A DNA stretch of 40,679 nucleotides, from assembly GCA_020860185.1 (NCBI GenBank), contig JAJBUT010000212.1, forward strand, positions 1 through 40,679. Reading direction: 5' to 3'. Numbering within the stretch: position 1 is the first letter of the stretch; each line of letters opens with the position of its first letter. Shown in pieces: positions 31,153-39,925 of this stretch. The notes under the pieces were generated by a model. It was not told the origin of the DNA and made no database searches. It saw nothing but the letters and a program-made list of their open reading frames with translations. The position numbers and the translations under genes are program-made. Source of the DNA: Lachnospiraceae bacterium. GTDB taxonomy: Bacteria; Bacillota; Clostridia; Lachnospirales; Lachnospiraceae.

Positions 31153-31974
31153 TTAGAACTCGATATAATCAAGATTCAGTGATTCACCGGCAATCTCGAC
31201 ATCAATATCCTTTTTATTGCCGGCCGCATCAATGCTGATCACATACTTGCCGTCGTCAAGTCCGTCGAACTTGAAGTCGCCAAAGAAGTTCGTCTTCTGC
31301 GAATCGACCAGCACGCCGTCCTTCCTGAGCTCGATGGTGGCGTTCTCGTAGCAGTCTCTGTTCACAAGAATACCGCCAGCCACAAAATTCTTGGTGAACT
31401 TATAGAGGTTCTTGTAATATACATGTGGATTCAGACCTAACTCCGGTCTGTAAACCTCAAGCTTCTCCGTCTCGATCATCGCCTGCATCTCGAGCGGATC
31501 AAGATGATATGCCTGGAATGTCTTTGTCGGGCAGGAGTGAACACACCTCGGTACACCGGGCTTCCAATCCGGATCATCAAGCAAATGAGCACACATGGTA
31601 CACTTCTGTGCAACATCTTTTTCATCGTTGTAATAAACCGCACCGTAAGGACACATGGAAGCCACTTCCTTATGACCTCTTGCCTTATCCATATCGATCA
31701 GGACAATGCCGTCGTCTCTTCTGGTCGCATATCCGGCCGCTACAAGAGGACATTTCTCACAATGCTGGCAGGGCATTGAGAGATATACATAATCATTACG
31801 CGCGTATCTGCCGCGCTCTCTGCGCATTACATTCACCCAGCGATGTCCGTGACGCGGCTGAGACTCCGTATAACCGGGCCATTCATTTCCAACGTGCTCA
31901 TCTTTGCAGGACATAAGGCAGTTGTTGCAGTCATGACACCATCTGATATCGTGTACTAAATACCACTGTTTCAT
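31153..31974 (-). CDS. bthL: Pyrogallol hydroxytransferase (transhydroxylase) small Fe-S subunit
   Basis: C-x2-CNNC-x3-C-x-DEH-x2-NEWPGYT, HRW, RRERG, DGIVLID, CPYG, AQKCTMCAHLLDD and TNFFG-x-FKFD with C-terminal beta-barrel; matches the remembered P. acidigallici beta subunit along its length. Confidence 0.92.
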   Translation of the reverse strand: MKQWYLVHDIRWCHDCNNCLMSCKDEHVGNEWPGYTESQPRHGHRWVNVMRRERGRYARNDYVYLSMPCQHCEKCPLVAAGYATRRDDGIVLIDMDKARGHKEVASMCPYGAVYYNDEKDVAQKCTMCAHLLDDPDWKPGVPRCVHSCPTKTFQAYHLDPLEMQAMIETEKLEVYRPELGLNPHVYYKNLYKFTKNFVAGGILVNRDCYENATIELRKDGVLVDSQKTNFFGDFKFDGLDDGKYVISIDAAGNKKDIDVEIAGESLNLDYIEF

Positions 31975-32007
31975 CTCTTATTCTCCTTTCCTGGAGTATC
32001 TGCGGGA

Positions 32008-34608
32008 TTAATAAATCTCGTAGATACCTCCGTCCCATTTTTCTACTTCAACCTGAGCACTGTTCGGCGCCATACCACACGCATACTTGGACATGTAGCG
32101 ATCCGGTGTCAGGATATTCACGCACCCGCCGCGGTCTGCGGAGCATCCCGGTTTGCCGAGCGGAGCATACTCCGCGCAGGACTCATAGGAGTGAACGGTA
32201 CCGGGCTGTACGCGCTCGCCCACCTGTGCACAGAGAATTACGGATCCTCTGTCGTTGAACGCGCGAACCAGGTCGCCGTCCTTGATGCCGCGGGCTTTCG
32301 CGTCAACGGAATTCATACGAATGATCCAGTAATACCAGCCGTCAACCAGTACACGGTGATCCTTGATATCCAGCATGAAGGAATCCTTCGCGTCGCCCAT
32401 CGTATGGAAGGAGAATCTGGGATGAGGTGAAAGCATGCCGAGAGGATACTTCTTCGCAACCTCCGCGTGCCAACTCTCCCATGCCGGTACATACTTATGC
32501 ATGGCCGGACGATATTCATCAATATAACCCTGCTCCTCGAAACGAGATAAGCTGGTAGAGATAAACTCAATCTTTCCTGTCGTCGTCTGCAGGCCCTTTA
32601 AGCCGACAGACTGGTTCGGAGCGGGACCCCAGTCCGGAGTATCGCGCTCACGGTTCTCGGCGAACCAGCGGAATGCAACAGTCTTCTTGCGGTTCGGGTT
32701 GATCGGAACAACCATGTAACCCTTCTTGAAGAACTCATCAAACGTCATAACCTGCGGACAGTCTGTCGCGTTGTAATACTGTCTTACCCAGTCAAGCTCA
32801 TCCTTGCCCTCAGAGAAAATTTCATAAATGCCGAGCTTCTTGGACATCAGCGCGTAAATCTCATAGTCAGACATGGACTCGCCCAGCGGCTCGATACACT
32901 TTGCCTGCAGGGAGATCACGCGGTTGTTTGCTGTCTGATAGGTATCCGGAATGTAGCCGGAGCAGTTACCGAACTCGGAGATGTCCCAGCGCTCATAGTT
33001 CGTGCAGGCCGGAAGGATAACGTCCGCGAACATAACCTCGCCCTCGTTCCAGATCGACTGGCTCACTACAAACTCAAGCGTATCGGAGTGATACATCTTT
33101 GCGTAGCGGTTCGTCGCCGTCATCGTGCCGATATGCGGTCCGCCGTACTTCCAGTACATCTTGATCTTGCCGTAGCCCGGAGCCGGATACTGATACGGAT
33201 GCATCTGCGCCTCAATGGAAGCACCGCAGAATCCCTTGCCATACCACTCGAACTTGCCGTTCATGATACACTCCGGAATCTTCAGACGCGGAATGTGCTG
33301 ACCGGCCTCCCAGTTTACCTTGACCGGAGCCGGGAAGGTCGTGCGGCCGTCGAACATACGCCATGCGAACTTATAGCCCGCAGCAGAGTTGCAGCAGTCG
33401 CCGGAAATACCGCCGTCCGCGTAGCCCGGGAAGAAGAAATCATAGTCTACCGGCACGCCCTGTGTGGTGGACCAGATGTTGGAACCCGGCTTGCCCATGC
33501 CCTGCATTGTCGCAAGAGCGATCATACCGCGGGTCCACTCAATACCGTGCGTCGCACGACATGCGCCGCCCCAGCCGCCGAGTCCGCCGGCTGCAAGGTA
33601 TGTATTCTTCTTCGCCCACTCACGCGCCAGCGCACGAATCTCACAGGCAGGAACACCGGACTCTTTCTCAGCCCACTCACAGGTCTTCGGGTAATTATCC
33701 TCACCCTTGCCTAATACATACTCAGCCCACTCCTCAAAACCGTAGGCATGAGTCGCTACATACTCTTTGTCATATGTACCCTCTGTCAGCCAGGTGTATG
33801 CGATCGCGAAAGAAATCGCATGATCCGTACCAACCTTCGGGGACATCCACTTCATGCCCCACATATTCGCGGAATGGTTGAAGAAAGGATCAATAAATAC
33901 CATCTGAACACCGAGCTCATCAAGCCAGCGACGTCTGATATGTGACTCGTACGCAGCGTACAGTCCGCTGTTTACCTCCGGATCAGAAGACCAGAACACG
34001 ATCAGATCCGCATATTTCAGACCATCCTCAAGCAGATCGTACTGCTCCGGGTTTCCGAGTCTCCAGGAAAATCCCCACATATGCATGCCGCCCCAATGCC
34101 AGCCTTCCCAGCTGTCCGGGTTGTGATCCGCATAGGTGAATCCCATGAGGTTCATGAAACGGAAATAGGTGGAGTGACGGTAACCTACATTACCCCATAA
34201 GTGGTGAGAAGACGGTGTGGACATGATGGATGCCGGGCCGCTCTCTCTTTTGATTCGATTGACTTCGTTCGCGACAATGTCGGTTGCCTCGTCCCAGCTG
34301 ATTCTCTCATATCCTGAAATACCGCGGTTCTGGATATTTCTCTCACCGTTCGGGTCGAAGTCAACACGCTTCATCGGATACAGATTGCGGCGATCAGAAT
34401 AAATCATGGACTTCTGGCCGGCCGTGAACGGCTGAATCGTCGTATACCTGGGCGCCTTGAACACTCTGCCTCTCGCCTCGATTGTCCAGCCCTCCGGATC
34501 GGTCTCATCAAAGTCCATCGGTGTAATGCGGATAATCTTTCCATCCTTAACATATACGAACACCGGACCGCCGGTACTGGAGTTTGTTAAACGAATTTCG
34601 CCTTGCAT
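32008..34608 (-). CDS. athL: Pyrogallol hydroxytransferase (pyrogallol-phloroglucinol transhydroxylase) large Mo-bis-MGD subunit
   Basis: 866 aa from ATG 34608 (SD AAAGGAGG). RLTNSSTGGPVFVYVKDGKIIR, STPSSHH-x-WGNVGYRHSTYFRF, HNPDSWEGWHWGGMHMWGFSWRLGNPEQYDLLEDG, FPGYA, NCSGYIPD and terminal YEIY match the remembered P. acidigallici alpha subunit; no Tat signal. Confidence 0.95.
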   Translation of the reverse strand: MQGEIRLTNSSTGGPVFVYVKDGKIIRITPMDFDETDPEGWTIEARGRVFKAPRYTTIQPFTAGQKSMIYSDRRNLYPMKRVDFDPNGERNIQNRGISGYERISWDEATDIVANEVNRIKRESGPASIMSTPSSHHLWGNVGYRHSTYFRFMNLMGFTYADHNPDSWEGWHWGGMHMWGFSWRLGNPEQYDLLEDGLKYADLIVFWSSDPEVNSGLYAAYESHIRRRWLDELGVQMVFIDPFFNHSANMWGMKWMSPKVGTDHAISFAIAYTWLTEGTYDKEYVATHAYGFEEWAEYVLGKGEDNYPKTCEWAEKESGVPACEIRALAREWAKKNTYLAAGGLGGWGGACRATHGIEWTRGMIALATMQGMGKPGSNIWSTTQGVPVDYDFFFPGYADGGISGDCCNSAAGYKFAWRMFDGRTTFPAPVKVNWEAGQHIPRLKIPECIMNGKFEWYGKGFCGASIEAQMHPYQYPAPGYGKIKMYWKYGGPHIGTMTATNRYAKMYHSDTLEFVVSQSIWNEGEVMFADVILPACTNYERWDISEFGNCSGYIPDTYQTANNRVISLQAKCIEPLGESMSDYEIYALMSKKLGIYEIFSEGKDELDWVRQYYNATDCPQVMTFDEFFKKGYMVVPINPNRKKTVAFRWFAENRERDTPDWGPAPNQSVGLKGLQTTTGKIEFISTSLSRFEEQGYIDEYRPAMHKYVPAWESWHAEVAKKYPLGMLSPHPRFSFHTMGDAKDSFMLDIKDHRVLVDGWYYWIIRMNSVDAKARGIKDGDLVRAFNDRGSVILCAQVGERVQPGTVHSYESCAEYAPLGKPGCSADRGGCVNILTPDRYMSKYACGMAPNSAQVEVEKWDGGIYEIY

Positions 34609-34642
34609 GGCTAAACCTCCTTTAAATATGTGATAAATTATT

Positions 34643-34708
34643 GTATCCGCGAAACCTGCCGCAGCGCCAGAGTAGAGGATGCGCCGCCCCGGGCGGTTCC
34701 ACAGATAC
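34643..34708 (-). other. Long hairpin in athL 5' leader
   Basis: GTATCTGTGGAACC pairs with GGTTTCGCGGATAC (14 bp including G-U), GCC/GGC, GCGGCGC/GCGCTGC, loop ATCCTCTACTCTG. Confidence 0.7.
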
Positions 34709-34759
34709 CATTCGCTACAAAAAGGAACAAAAAAACTCTGCTGCCCCCTTCTATAACGC

Positions 34760-34790
34760 ATTGTAAGCTGTATTGTCACCATACAGTCAA
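34760..34790 (-). promoter_or_regulatory. MerR-type promoter of athL-bthL: TTGACT-19bp-TACAAT with operator CTGTATGG-TGA-CAATACAG
   Basis: Minus strand ttgactgtatggtgacaatacagcttacaat. Confidence 0.82.
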
Positions 34791-34819
34791 GATGAAAATT
34801 CAGGAAATCAGAAAAGTTT

Positions 34820-35737
34820 CTAAAAATCTCTCTTGGCGTGAAGATTGGAGTATTTCTGTGCATATATGTAAAAATCATTCAGCGCCGGGTTTTTGTTTTT
34901 GTTCTTGCGGACGAGCTGCATGGAAAGATACTTCTGCGGGACGTCCTCCTCGATGGGAATAAAACGGAGGTTCATATTCGATGTCACCTCATCCTCCTCA
35001 AACACCAGGGATACGCCCTCGCCCATCTCGATCGCCAGCAGCAGCTCCTCAAAATCCTCAAACTCAGCCGACACCTTCGGCACAAAATCAAAAGCCGCAC
35101 ATATATTATGAAGGTAATCATCCTCCGGCTTCAGTTTCATCGGAAGATAGCGCAGAAACGGGCTGTCCTTAAAATCGGAAAGCTTCACATCCCTCTTGCG
35201 GAACAGCGGATGGCTCTTGTGGATCACAATACCGACCCGGGAATAAAATAAGGTAGCTTTCTCGACACCCTGCACCATCTTCACATCGTGGTCGGCGATC
35301 AGGATTGCGTCGTAATAATCGTTCATCAGCCCCTCGACCAGCTTCCGCTGCGTGCAGCGCTCCTTCATGATCTGGATCTCCGGACGATCCTCGCGAAACC
35401 CGGACAGCACCTGTGAGATATAGCTGTTGGACTTGATGTGCTCCTGACAGCCGATCGAGATGCCGCCGCTGAACTTCTTGACGGAGTTCTTCGCGCGGGC
35501 CAGCGCATTCTGCCACTCGGTTACCATCTGCGAGAGCGTCTCCGCCAGCATCTGACCCTGGATCGTCAGCCGCACCCCCTTCGTGTTACGGTCAAACAGC
35601 GGCAGACCGAGCTCCTCCTCCAGAGAAGCGATCTGCCTGCTGATATTCGACTGGGAGATAAACAGTCCCTTCGCCGCCTTCGTGAAACTCAGGTGCGTCG
35701 CCACCTCGAGAAAACACTTTATCTGTAAATCGGTCAT
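34820..35737 (-). CDS. LysR-family transcriptional regulator
   Basis: LSFTKAA-x2-LFISQSNISRQI-x2-LEEELG-x2-LF-x-R...LT-x2-G; 305 aa. Confidence 0.95.
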   Translation of the reverse strand: MTDLQIKCFLEVATHLSFTKAAKGLFISQSNISRQIASLEEELGLPLFDRNTKGVRLTIQGQMLAETLSQMVTEWQNALARAKNSVKKFSGGISIGCQEHIKSNSYISQVLSGFREDRPEIQIMKERCTQRKLVEGLMNDYYDAILIADHDVKMVQGVEKATLFYSRVGIVIHKSHPLFRKRDVKLSDFKDSPFLRYLPMKLKPEDDYLHNICAAFDFVPKVSAEFEDFEELLLAIEMGEGVSLVFEEDEVTSNMNLRFIPIEEDVPQKYLSMQLVRKNKNKNPALNDFYIYAQKYSNLHAKRDF

Positions 35738-35811
35738 AATACAATCAGTCTCCTTAGTTCATGGGATATTTTGCATAAAAACATGAAAAAAACGAAATCT
35801 ATTTTATCAAC

Positions 35812-35840
35812 ATTATACTGTATTCTAAGAATACAGTCAA
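35812..35840 (-). promoter_or_regulatory. lysR promoter: TTGACT-17bp-TATAAT containing the perfect dyad CTGTATTC-TTA-GAATACAG
   Basis: Minus strand ttgactgtattcttagaatacagtataat. Confidence 0.82.
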
Positions 35841-36010
35841 TCTTTTCTTAAAAAAACAGATTCCAAAAACTGAACATATTATGGCATAATTATATCAGCA
35901 TACTCAATTCCCACTTATCCAAAAACCCCCGTTACTTATTTCGGTTCTGCATGAATGTCACAATTTTTCTTTCCATATTATATAAATTTTATATATTTTT
36001 AACATTTCGG

Positions 36011-36041
36011 TTGACTGTATAGTAGGAATACACTGTAAAAT
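36011..36041 (+). promoter_or_regulatory. MerR-type promoter of sodium:solute symporter: TTGACT-19bp-TAAAAT with operator CTGTATAG-TAG-GAATACAC
   Basis: Direct read ttgactgtatagtaggaatacactgtaaaat. Confidence 0.8.
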
Positions 36042-36084
36042 CACTGTATTGAGTAGAGGGATTTTAGTTTAAGGAGGTTACTTT

Positions 36085-37650
36085 ATGGCTTTAGTAATTG
36101 CTATTGTGTACTTTGCTGTGCTGATCTTCATCGCCAGTATGTACTCAAGAAAACGTGTAAAATCCGCTGAGGATTTTGCAAACGCGGGCGGCGGCCTCGG
36201 ATGGATCATGGTGACATTTTCCTTCGTACTCGCACCGCTCGGATCCGGTCACACGATGTCACTCTGGGAGAAGGCAGCAGGTGCCGGCGGCATCACCAGT
36301 CTGCTGGATTTCACCGGCATCGGTGCGGGCGCCATGTGGTGGGCACTCGGCGCAGGCGGTGTGTTCCTTCCTATCGCGATGCTCTGGATGGGACCCCTTT
36401 ATAAGAAGATCGGACAGCCGACGGCTCCGGCCGCTCTCGGCAAGATTTTCGGTAAGAAGATGGGCTATTTCCATGCGGCGTTCCAGACTATGACCTGGAC
36501 CGGCATCGGCATGTCTGAGCTGGTTGCCATCGGTACGGCGATCTACACGCTGTGTCAGGCCAGCGGCATCAACCTCGGTCTGTACGCATCCATCATTCTC
36601 GGCTTTGTCCTGATCATCTGCTATGTATACTTCGGCGGTATGCTTCAGATGGCATGGCTGAACTGTATCAACGCGGTCGTCATGCTCGGCGCGTCCTACG
36701 CAGCCATTGCGATCATCGCCGGCAGCTATCTGTCCGATTACTTCGGCGCTGACGTCGGCTTCTGGGCAGGCGTAAAGCAGGCCTATGACGCAGCTGGATA
36801 CAGCAGTGTTCTGACACAGACCGGTACGATCACGCAGCTTCCGATCTGGCTGTCCGTAATCATCCCGGTTATCGTATTACATACGACAGCCGGCGCCGTA
36901 TCCCAGACCATGATGCAGCCGTTCTTCGCGGCGAAGAGCCAGAAGGACTGCCGCAAGGGCGTCTTCCTCGGCTGCTCCCTGAACATTATGTCCAGCCTTC
37001 CGTGGATCTTCCTCGGTATCGCTGCCATGTCCATCCCGACCATCTCCTCTGTTGTAGGCGCGAACGGCATCGAAGCTGTTCCGACGATTGCTCAGCAGGG
37101 ACTTCCGATTCCGGCGATCGGACTGCTGATGGTAGCTCTTCTCTGTGCGACTCTTTCCACCGGCGGCGGCGTTGTTATGGCAAACTCGAACGTTATCGCA
37201 AACGATATCGTGATCGGCTGCAACTGCCCGGATGCCACTCCCGAGAAGAAGCTTCGCATCAACAAGATCTGCATCATCATCGCAGCGGCGATCATCCTTC
37301 CGGGTGCTCTGATCATGGCTCACGAGTTCGTGTTCAACCTGTTCCTATGGGTGTTCTCGTTTGGTATGCCAATCTTCGTGGTGTTTATCATCGGGTACAA
37401 TTTCAAGGTCAGCAGAAAAGCAGCCTGGTGCACGGTTATCGTTACGTATATCCTGAACTGCATCTGGACATTTGTTGACCTGTCCCCGTGGCTCGGCGGT
37501 GTATGGTCCATGAACATGTACATCACGATGGTTGCTTCCGTCATTCTCGGCGTTGTCTTCCACCTCATCTTCAAGGGTGAGCCGGCATGGAAGAAGACTC
37601 ATGCGGACATTATCGCAGCCAACGACGCGAAAGAAGCGCAGGTAGCATAA
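36085..37650 (+). CDS. Sodium:solute symporter (SSS/SLC5) family protein
   Basis: About 13 TM segments; DF-x-NAGG-x-L, YVYFGG, Q-x4-QPFFAAKS and A-x-LST...S-x4-ND; SD AAGGAGGT. Confidence 0.9.
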   Translation: MALVIAIVYFAVLIFIASMYSRKRVKSAEDFANAGGGLGWIMVTFSFVLAPLGSGHTMSLWEKAAGAGGITSLLDFTGIGAGAMWWALGAGGVFLPIAMLWMGPLYKKIGQPTAPAALGKIFGKKMGYFHAAFQTMTWTGIGMSELVAIGTAIYTLCQASGINLGLYASIILGFVLIICYVYFGGMLQMAWLNCINAVVMLGASYAAIAIIAGSYLSDYFGADVGFWAGVKQAYDAAGYSSVLTQTGTITQLPIWLSVIIPVIVLHTTAGAVSQTMMQPFFAAKSQKDCRKGVFLGCSLNIMSSLPWIFLGIAAMSIPTISSVVGANGIEAVPTIAQQGLPIPAIGLLMVALLCATLSTGGGVVMANSNVIANDIVIGCNCPDATPEKKLRINKICIIIAAAIILPGALIMAHEFVFNLFLWVFSFGMPIFVVFIIGYNFKVSRKAAWCTVIVTYILNCIWTFVDLSPWLGGVWSMNMYITMVASVILGVVFHLIFKGEPAWKKTHADIIAANDAKEAQVA

Positions 37651-37663
37651 AGGAGGTTAGAAT

Positions 37664-37771
37664 ATGTGGGTATTACAGGATATTATCACACAGTATGTCA
37701 TTGGTATCGTTCTTTGCACGATTATTTTCATCATCTGGAAAATTAATCACAAGAATGAAAAATTGTTATAA
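37664..37771 (+). CDS. Micro-ORF, 35-aa single-TM peptide (MWVLQDIITQYVIGIVLCTIIFIIWKINHKNEKLL)
   Basis: SD AAGGAGGT directly after the symporter stop; hydrophobic core and basic tail; below the ORF-track cutoff. Confidence 0.75.
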   Translation: MWVLQDIITQYVIGIVLCTIIFIIWKINHKNEKLL

Positions 37772-37786
37772 GGAGGGAATACGTAT

Positions 37787-37897
37787 ATGGGCGGAATTGC
37801 AACAGTATCAGTATATCTTCTCTGCGTAGCTATTGTACTTTTTATCATTTGCCTTGTAGGCGCGAAGAATCACAATATTCCGGATGAGGAAGATTAA
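37787..37897 (+). CDS. Micro-ORF, 36-aa single-TM peptide (MGGIATVSVYLLCVAIVLFIICLVGAKNHNIPDEED)
   Basis: SD AAGGAGG overlapping the previous stop; hydrophobic core and acidic tail; precedes the terminator. Confidence 0.75.
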   Translation: MGGIATVSVYLLCVAIVLFIICLVGAKNHNIPDEED

Positions 37898-37945
37898 AAC
37901 TGAATAAGAAACAGTATTCAAAATCTTAACTACTCAAGAACGACA

Positions 37946-37985
37946 AACCCGGCCGGGCGCAAATGCCCGGCCGGGTTCTGTTTTG
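37946..37985 (+). terminator. Intrinsic terminator of the symporter operon
   Basis: AACCCGGCCGGGC / GCCCGGCCGGGTT 13-bp stem followed by CTGTTTTG. Confidence 0.85.
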
Positions 37986-37989
37986 TATG

Positions 37990-38071
37990 CACAGGGGCGC
38001 AAAAGGAAACTCTGCAGCTATGCTGCACGCGCCCCGCGCGGCGAGCAGGAGGCTAAAGCTGCCTCCTGCTC
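37990..38071 (+). repeat. 82-bp structured intergenic repeat, copy A
   Basis: Aligns without gaps to the reverse complement of 39926-40007 (15 mismatches by manual count); nested hairpins. Confidence 0.85.
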
Positions 38072-38101
38072 GATTTGATTACTTTTTGTATCAAAAATAT
38101 A

Positions 38102-38130
38102 TTGACAATATTCTCCTTCCATAGTAGAAT
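38102..38130 (+). promoter_or_regulatory. Sigma-A promoter upstream of Uma2 gene
   Basis: TTGACA-17bp-TAGAAT. Confidence 0.7.
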
Positions 38131-38316
38131 CTGGCCAAAGCAATGATTCTTTTGCAAATGACACAGTTTCCTACCGATATCATTTGCGTTCTGTACAATC
38201 TGACGGTCTGTTTTTCTCAGAGATTCATGCTTTTATATATTCACTATCCAAAAGCAGAGAATCACGGATAAACACATCAGGTTCTCTGCAGCCAATGATT
38301 TCAGGAGGAAAAGAAA

Positions 38317-38919
38317 ATGAAAAACATTTTAAAACAAGTAGAAAAGGAGTACCTCGCCATGCCTGGTCTGGAAGGTTACAAGAAAATCGAAAAAATCGAC
38401 GGCGTGATTTACGAGATGTCACCATCCGCACCCATTTGTCACGGAATTATCAACGGCAACATATACACAGCAATCAGCAATCATCTGAAGGACAGTGTCT
38501 GCCGAGTTTTTATGGAAAACCTGGATTTCTATCTGGGTGAAGATGAGTGGCTTGTGCCGGATATCATCATTGTCTGTGATCCGCATGACATCAAGAACGG
38601 CCGATACCGCGGCACACCGAAATTCATCCTGGAAATCTTAAGTCCCTCTACTGCCAAACGGGACAGAACGCTGAAAAAGCGCAAGTATGAAACTGCCGGT
38701 GTCGAGGAGCTATGGCTCATCGAGCCGAAAGGCAAATCCCTTGAGATTTATTACCTCGAGGACGGAAAATACGAGTTAGAAGATACCTGGCTGCTGGAGG
38801 AAGATAGAGAGGACGAGGATTACAATGCCGACATCCGGATCAAACTGCGAGGGTTGCCGCATATCTCAATGACACTGGCAGATATATTTGAGAATTCCGA
38901 GTGGGGATCCGGGAACTGA
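38317..38919 (+). CDS. Uma2-family PD-(D/E)XK endonuclease-like protein
   Basis: E-x-IDG-x-IY-x-MSP...H, VPDI-x2-VCD, P-x3-LEILSPST-x2-RD-x3-K-x3-Y-x3-GV-x-ELWLI-x-P. Confidence 0.92.
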   Translation: MKNILKQVEKEYLAMPGLEGYKKIEKIDGVIYEMSPSAPICHGIINGNIYTAISNHLKDSVCRVFMENLDFYLGEDEWLVPDIIIVCDPHDIKNGRYRGTPKFILEILSPSTAKRDRTLKKRKYETAGVEELWLIEPKGKSLEIYYLEDGKYELEDTWLLEEDREDEDYNADIRIKLRGLPHISMTLADIFENSEWGSGN

Positions 38920-39046
38920 CAGAGTATATAACACGCAAACAAATATCATGACAACACAACATCTATTATTTCTTTTCGTATAAAAAGGCCACATCAACGA
39001 ATGCAGACACCGTTGAAATGACCTTTTTATTTTTCTCTTATTTCTC

Positions 39047-39535
39047 TTAACAATGCTCCACTTCCGCCCTGACAAAGTGCCCCGACTTACCTCCGTCCTT
39101 TTCCAGCAGGAGGATATCGCGTATCACCATCCCGCGATCTACTGCCTTACACATGTCATAGATTGTGAGCAGCGTAGCTGCAACGGCGTTCAGCGCCTCC
39201 ATCTCTATCCCGGTCTTCCCCGTCGTCTTGACGGAAGCAACTGCTTCAATCTCCGATACCTCCGGAAATAGTTTAAAATGAATATCCACGCCGGTCAGCA
39301 GCAGAGGATGGCACATGGGAATCGTCTCCCAGGTCTTTTTCGCTGCCATAACGCCCGCCACCTGAGCGACCGCCAGAACGTCCCCCTTTTTCACCTTTCC
39401 CTCCGTGATGAGAGAGTAAGTCTCCGGCTGCATGGAAATCCGACCGGAAGCGACGCCGATCCGGGCGGTATCCGCCTTCTCAGACACGTCCACCATCTTC
39501 GCACGACCCTGATCGTTAATATGTGTTAATTCCAT
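39047..39535 (-). CDS. moaC: Cyclic pyranopterin monophosphate synthase MoaC
   Basis: LTH-x5[10 protein letters not shown], [28 protein letters not shown] and K-x-GGKSG; ATG 39535 after AGGAGGT. Confidence 0.97.
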   Translation of the reverse strand: MELTHINDQGRAKMVDVSEKADTARIGVASGRISMQPETYSLITEGKVKKGDVLAVAQVAGVMAAKKTWETIPMCHPLLLTGVDIHFKLFPEVSEIEAVASVKTTGKTGIEMEALNAVAATLLTIYDMCKAVDRGMVIRDILLLEKDGGKSGHFVRAEVEHC

Positions 39536-39552
39536 CCCGTACCTCCTGACAG

Positions 39553-39900
39553 TCAATATAAAATATCCCAGTCTGTCGGGAAACGCTGCACACCGATCAA
39601 CATGCCGTCGGTAATTTTGCGATAATTCTCACCAATGGTGTATCCCATCTTGTTCATATCTTCCTCAATATACCGAATCATTTTATGATTGTTCGGCACC
39701 GCCTTGTATTCCTCCGGCGGAAGCACACCATGCTTTTCATGTTCACTGTAGAAAGCGATATTGCAGGTCTCCGGACTGTTCCATATCCGGAAATAACCGA
39801 TTCCCTTGTCCTCATACTTAAATTCAAACCGCATCACCTGAAACACGGAATATCTCTCAAGCATCTCCCAGTGAATTTTCACCTGTTTTAATTCAGCCAT
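39553..39900 (-). CDS. Hypothetical protein (115 aa)
   Basis: SD AAAGAGGT before ATG; fills the gap before moaC; AT-richer than neighbours; no family recognised. Confidence 0.7.
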   Translation of the reverse strand: MAELKQVKIHWEMLERYSVFQVMRFEFKYEDKGIGYFRIWNSPETCNIAFYSEHEKHGVLPPEEYKAVPNNHKMIRYIEEDMNKMGYTIGENYRKITDGMLIGVQRFPTDWDILY

Positions 39901-39925
39901 ATTTTACCTCTTTTTTACTTTAATA

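Noticed and set aside
34609-34759. Moco/Wco riboswitch in the athL leader
   Set aside because: The fold is a single long hairpin and I could not find the multi-stem junction of that motif; an Infernal search would be decisive
34609-34878. 90-aa N-terminal extension of AthL in the ORF track as a signal or extra domain
   Set aside because: Spans the promoter and overlaps lysR; SD and homology both start at ATG 34608. Similar over-extensions were trimmed for ssb, dctQ, dctP, guaB, the ABC SBP and moaC
38137-38153. ANTAR-like hairpin AAAGCAATGATTCTTT upstream of Uma2
   Set aside because: Closing pair mismatched and no second hairpin or terminator follows
38317-38919. Uma2 gene as a restriction or defence system
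   Set aside because: No methyltransferase or other defence gene nearby; solitary Uma2 genes are common in Clostridia
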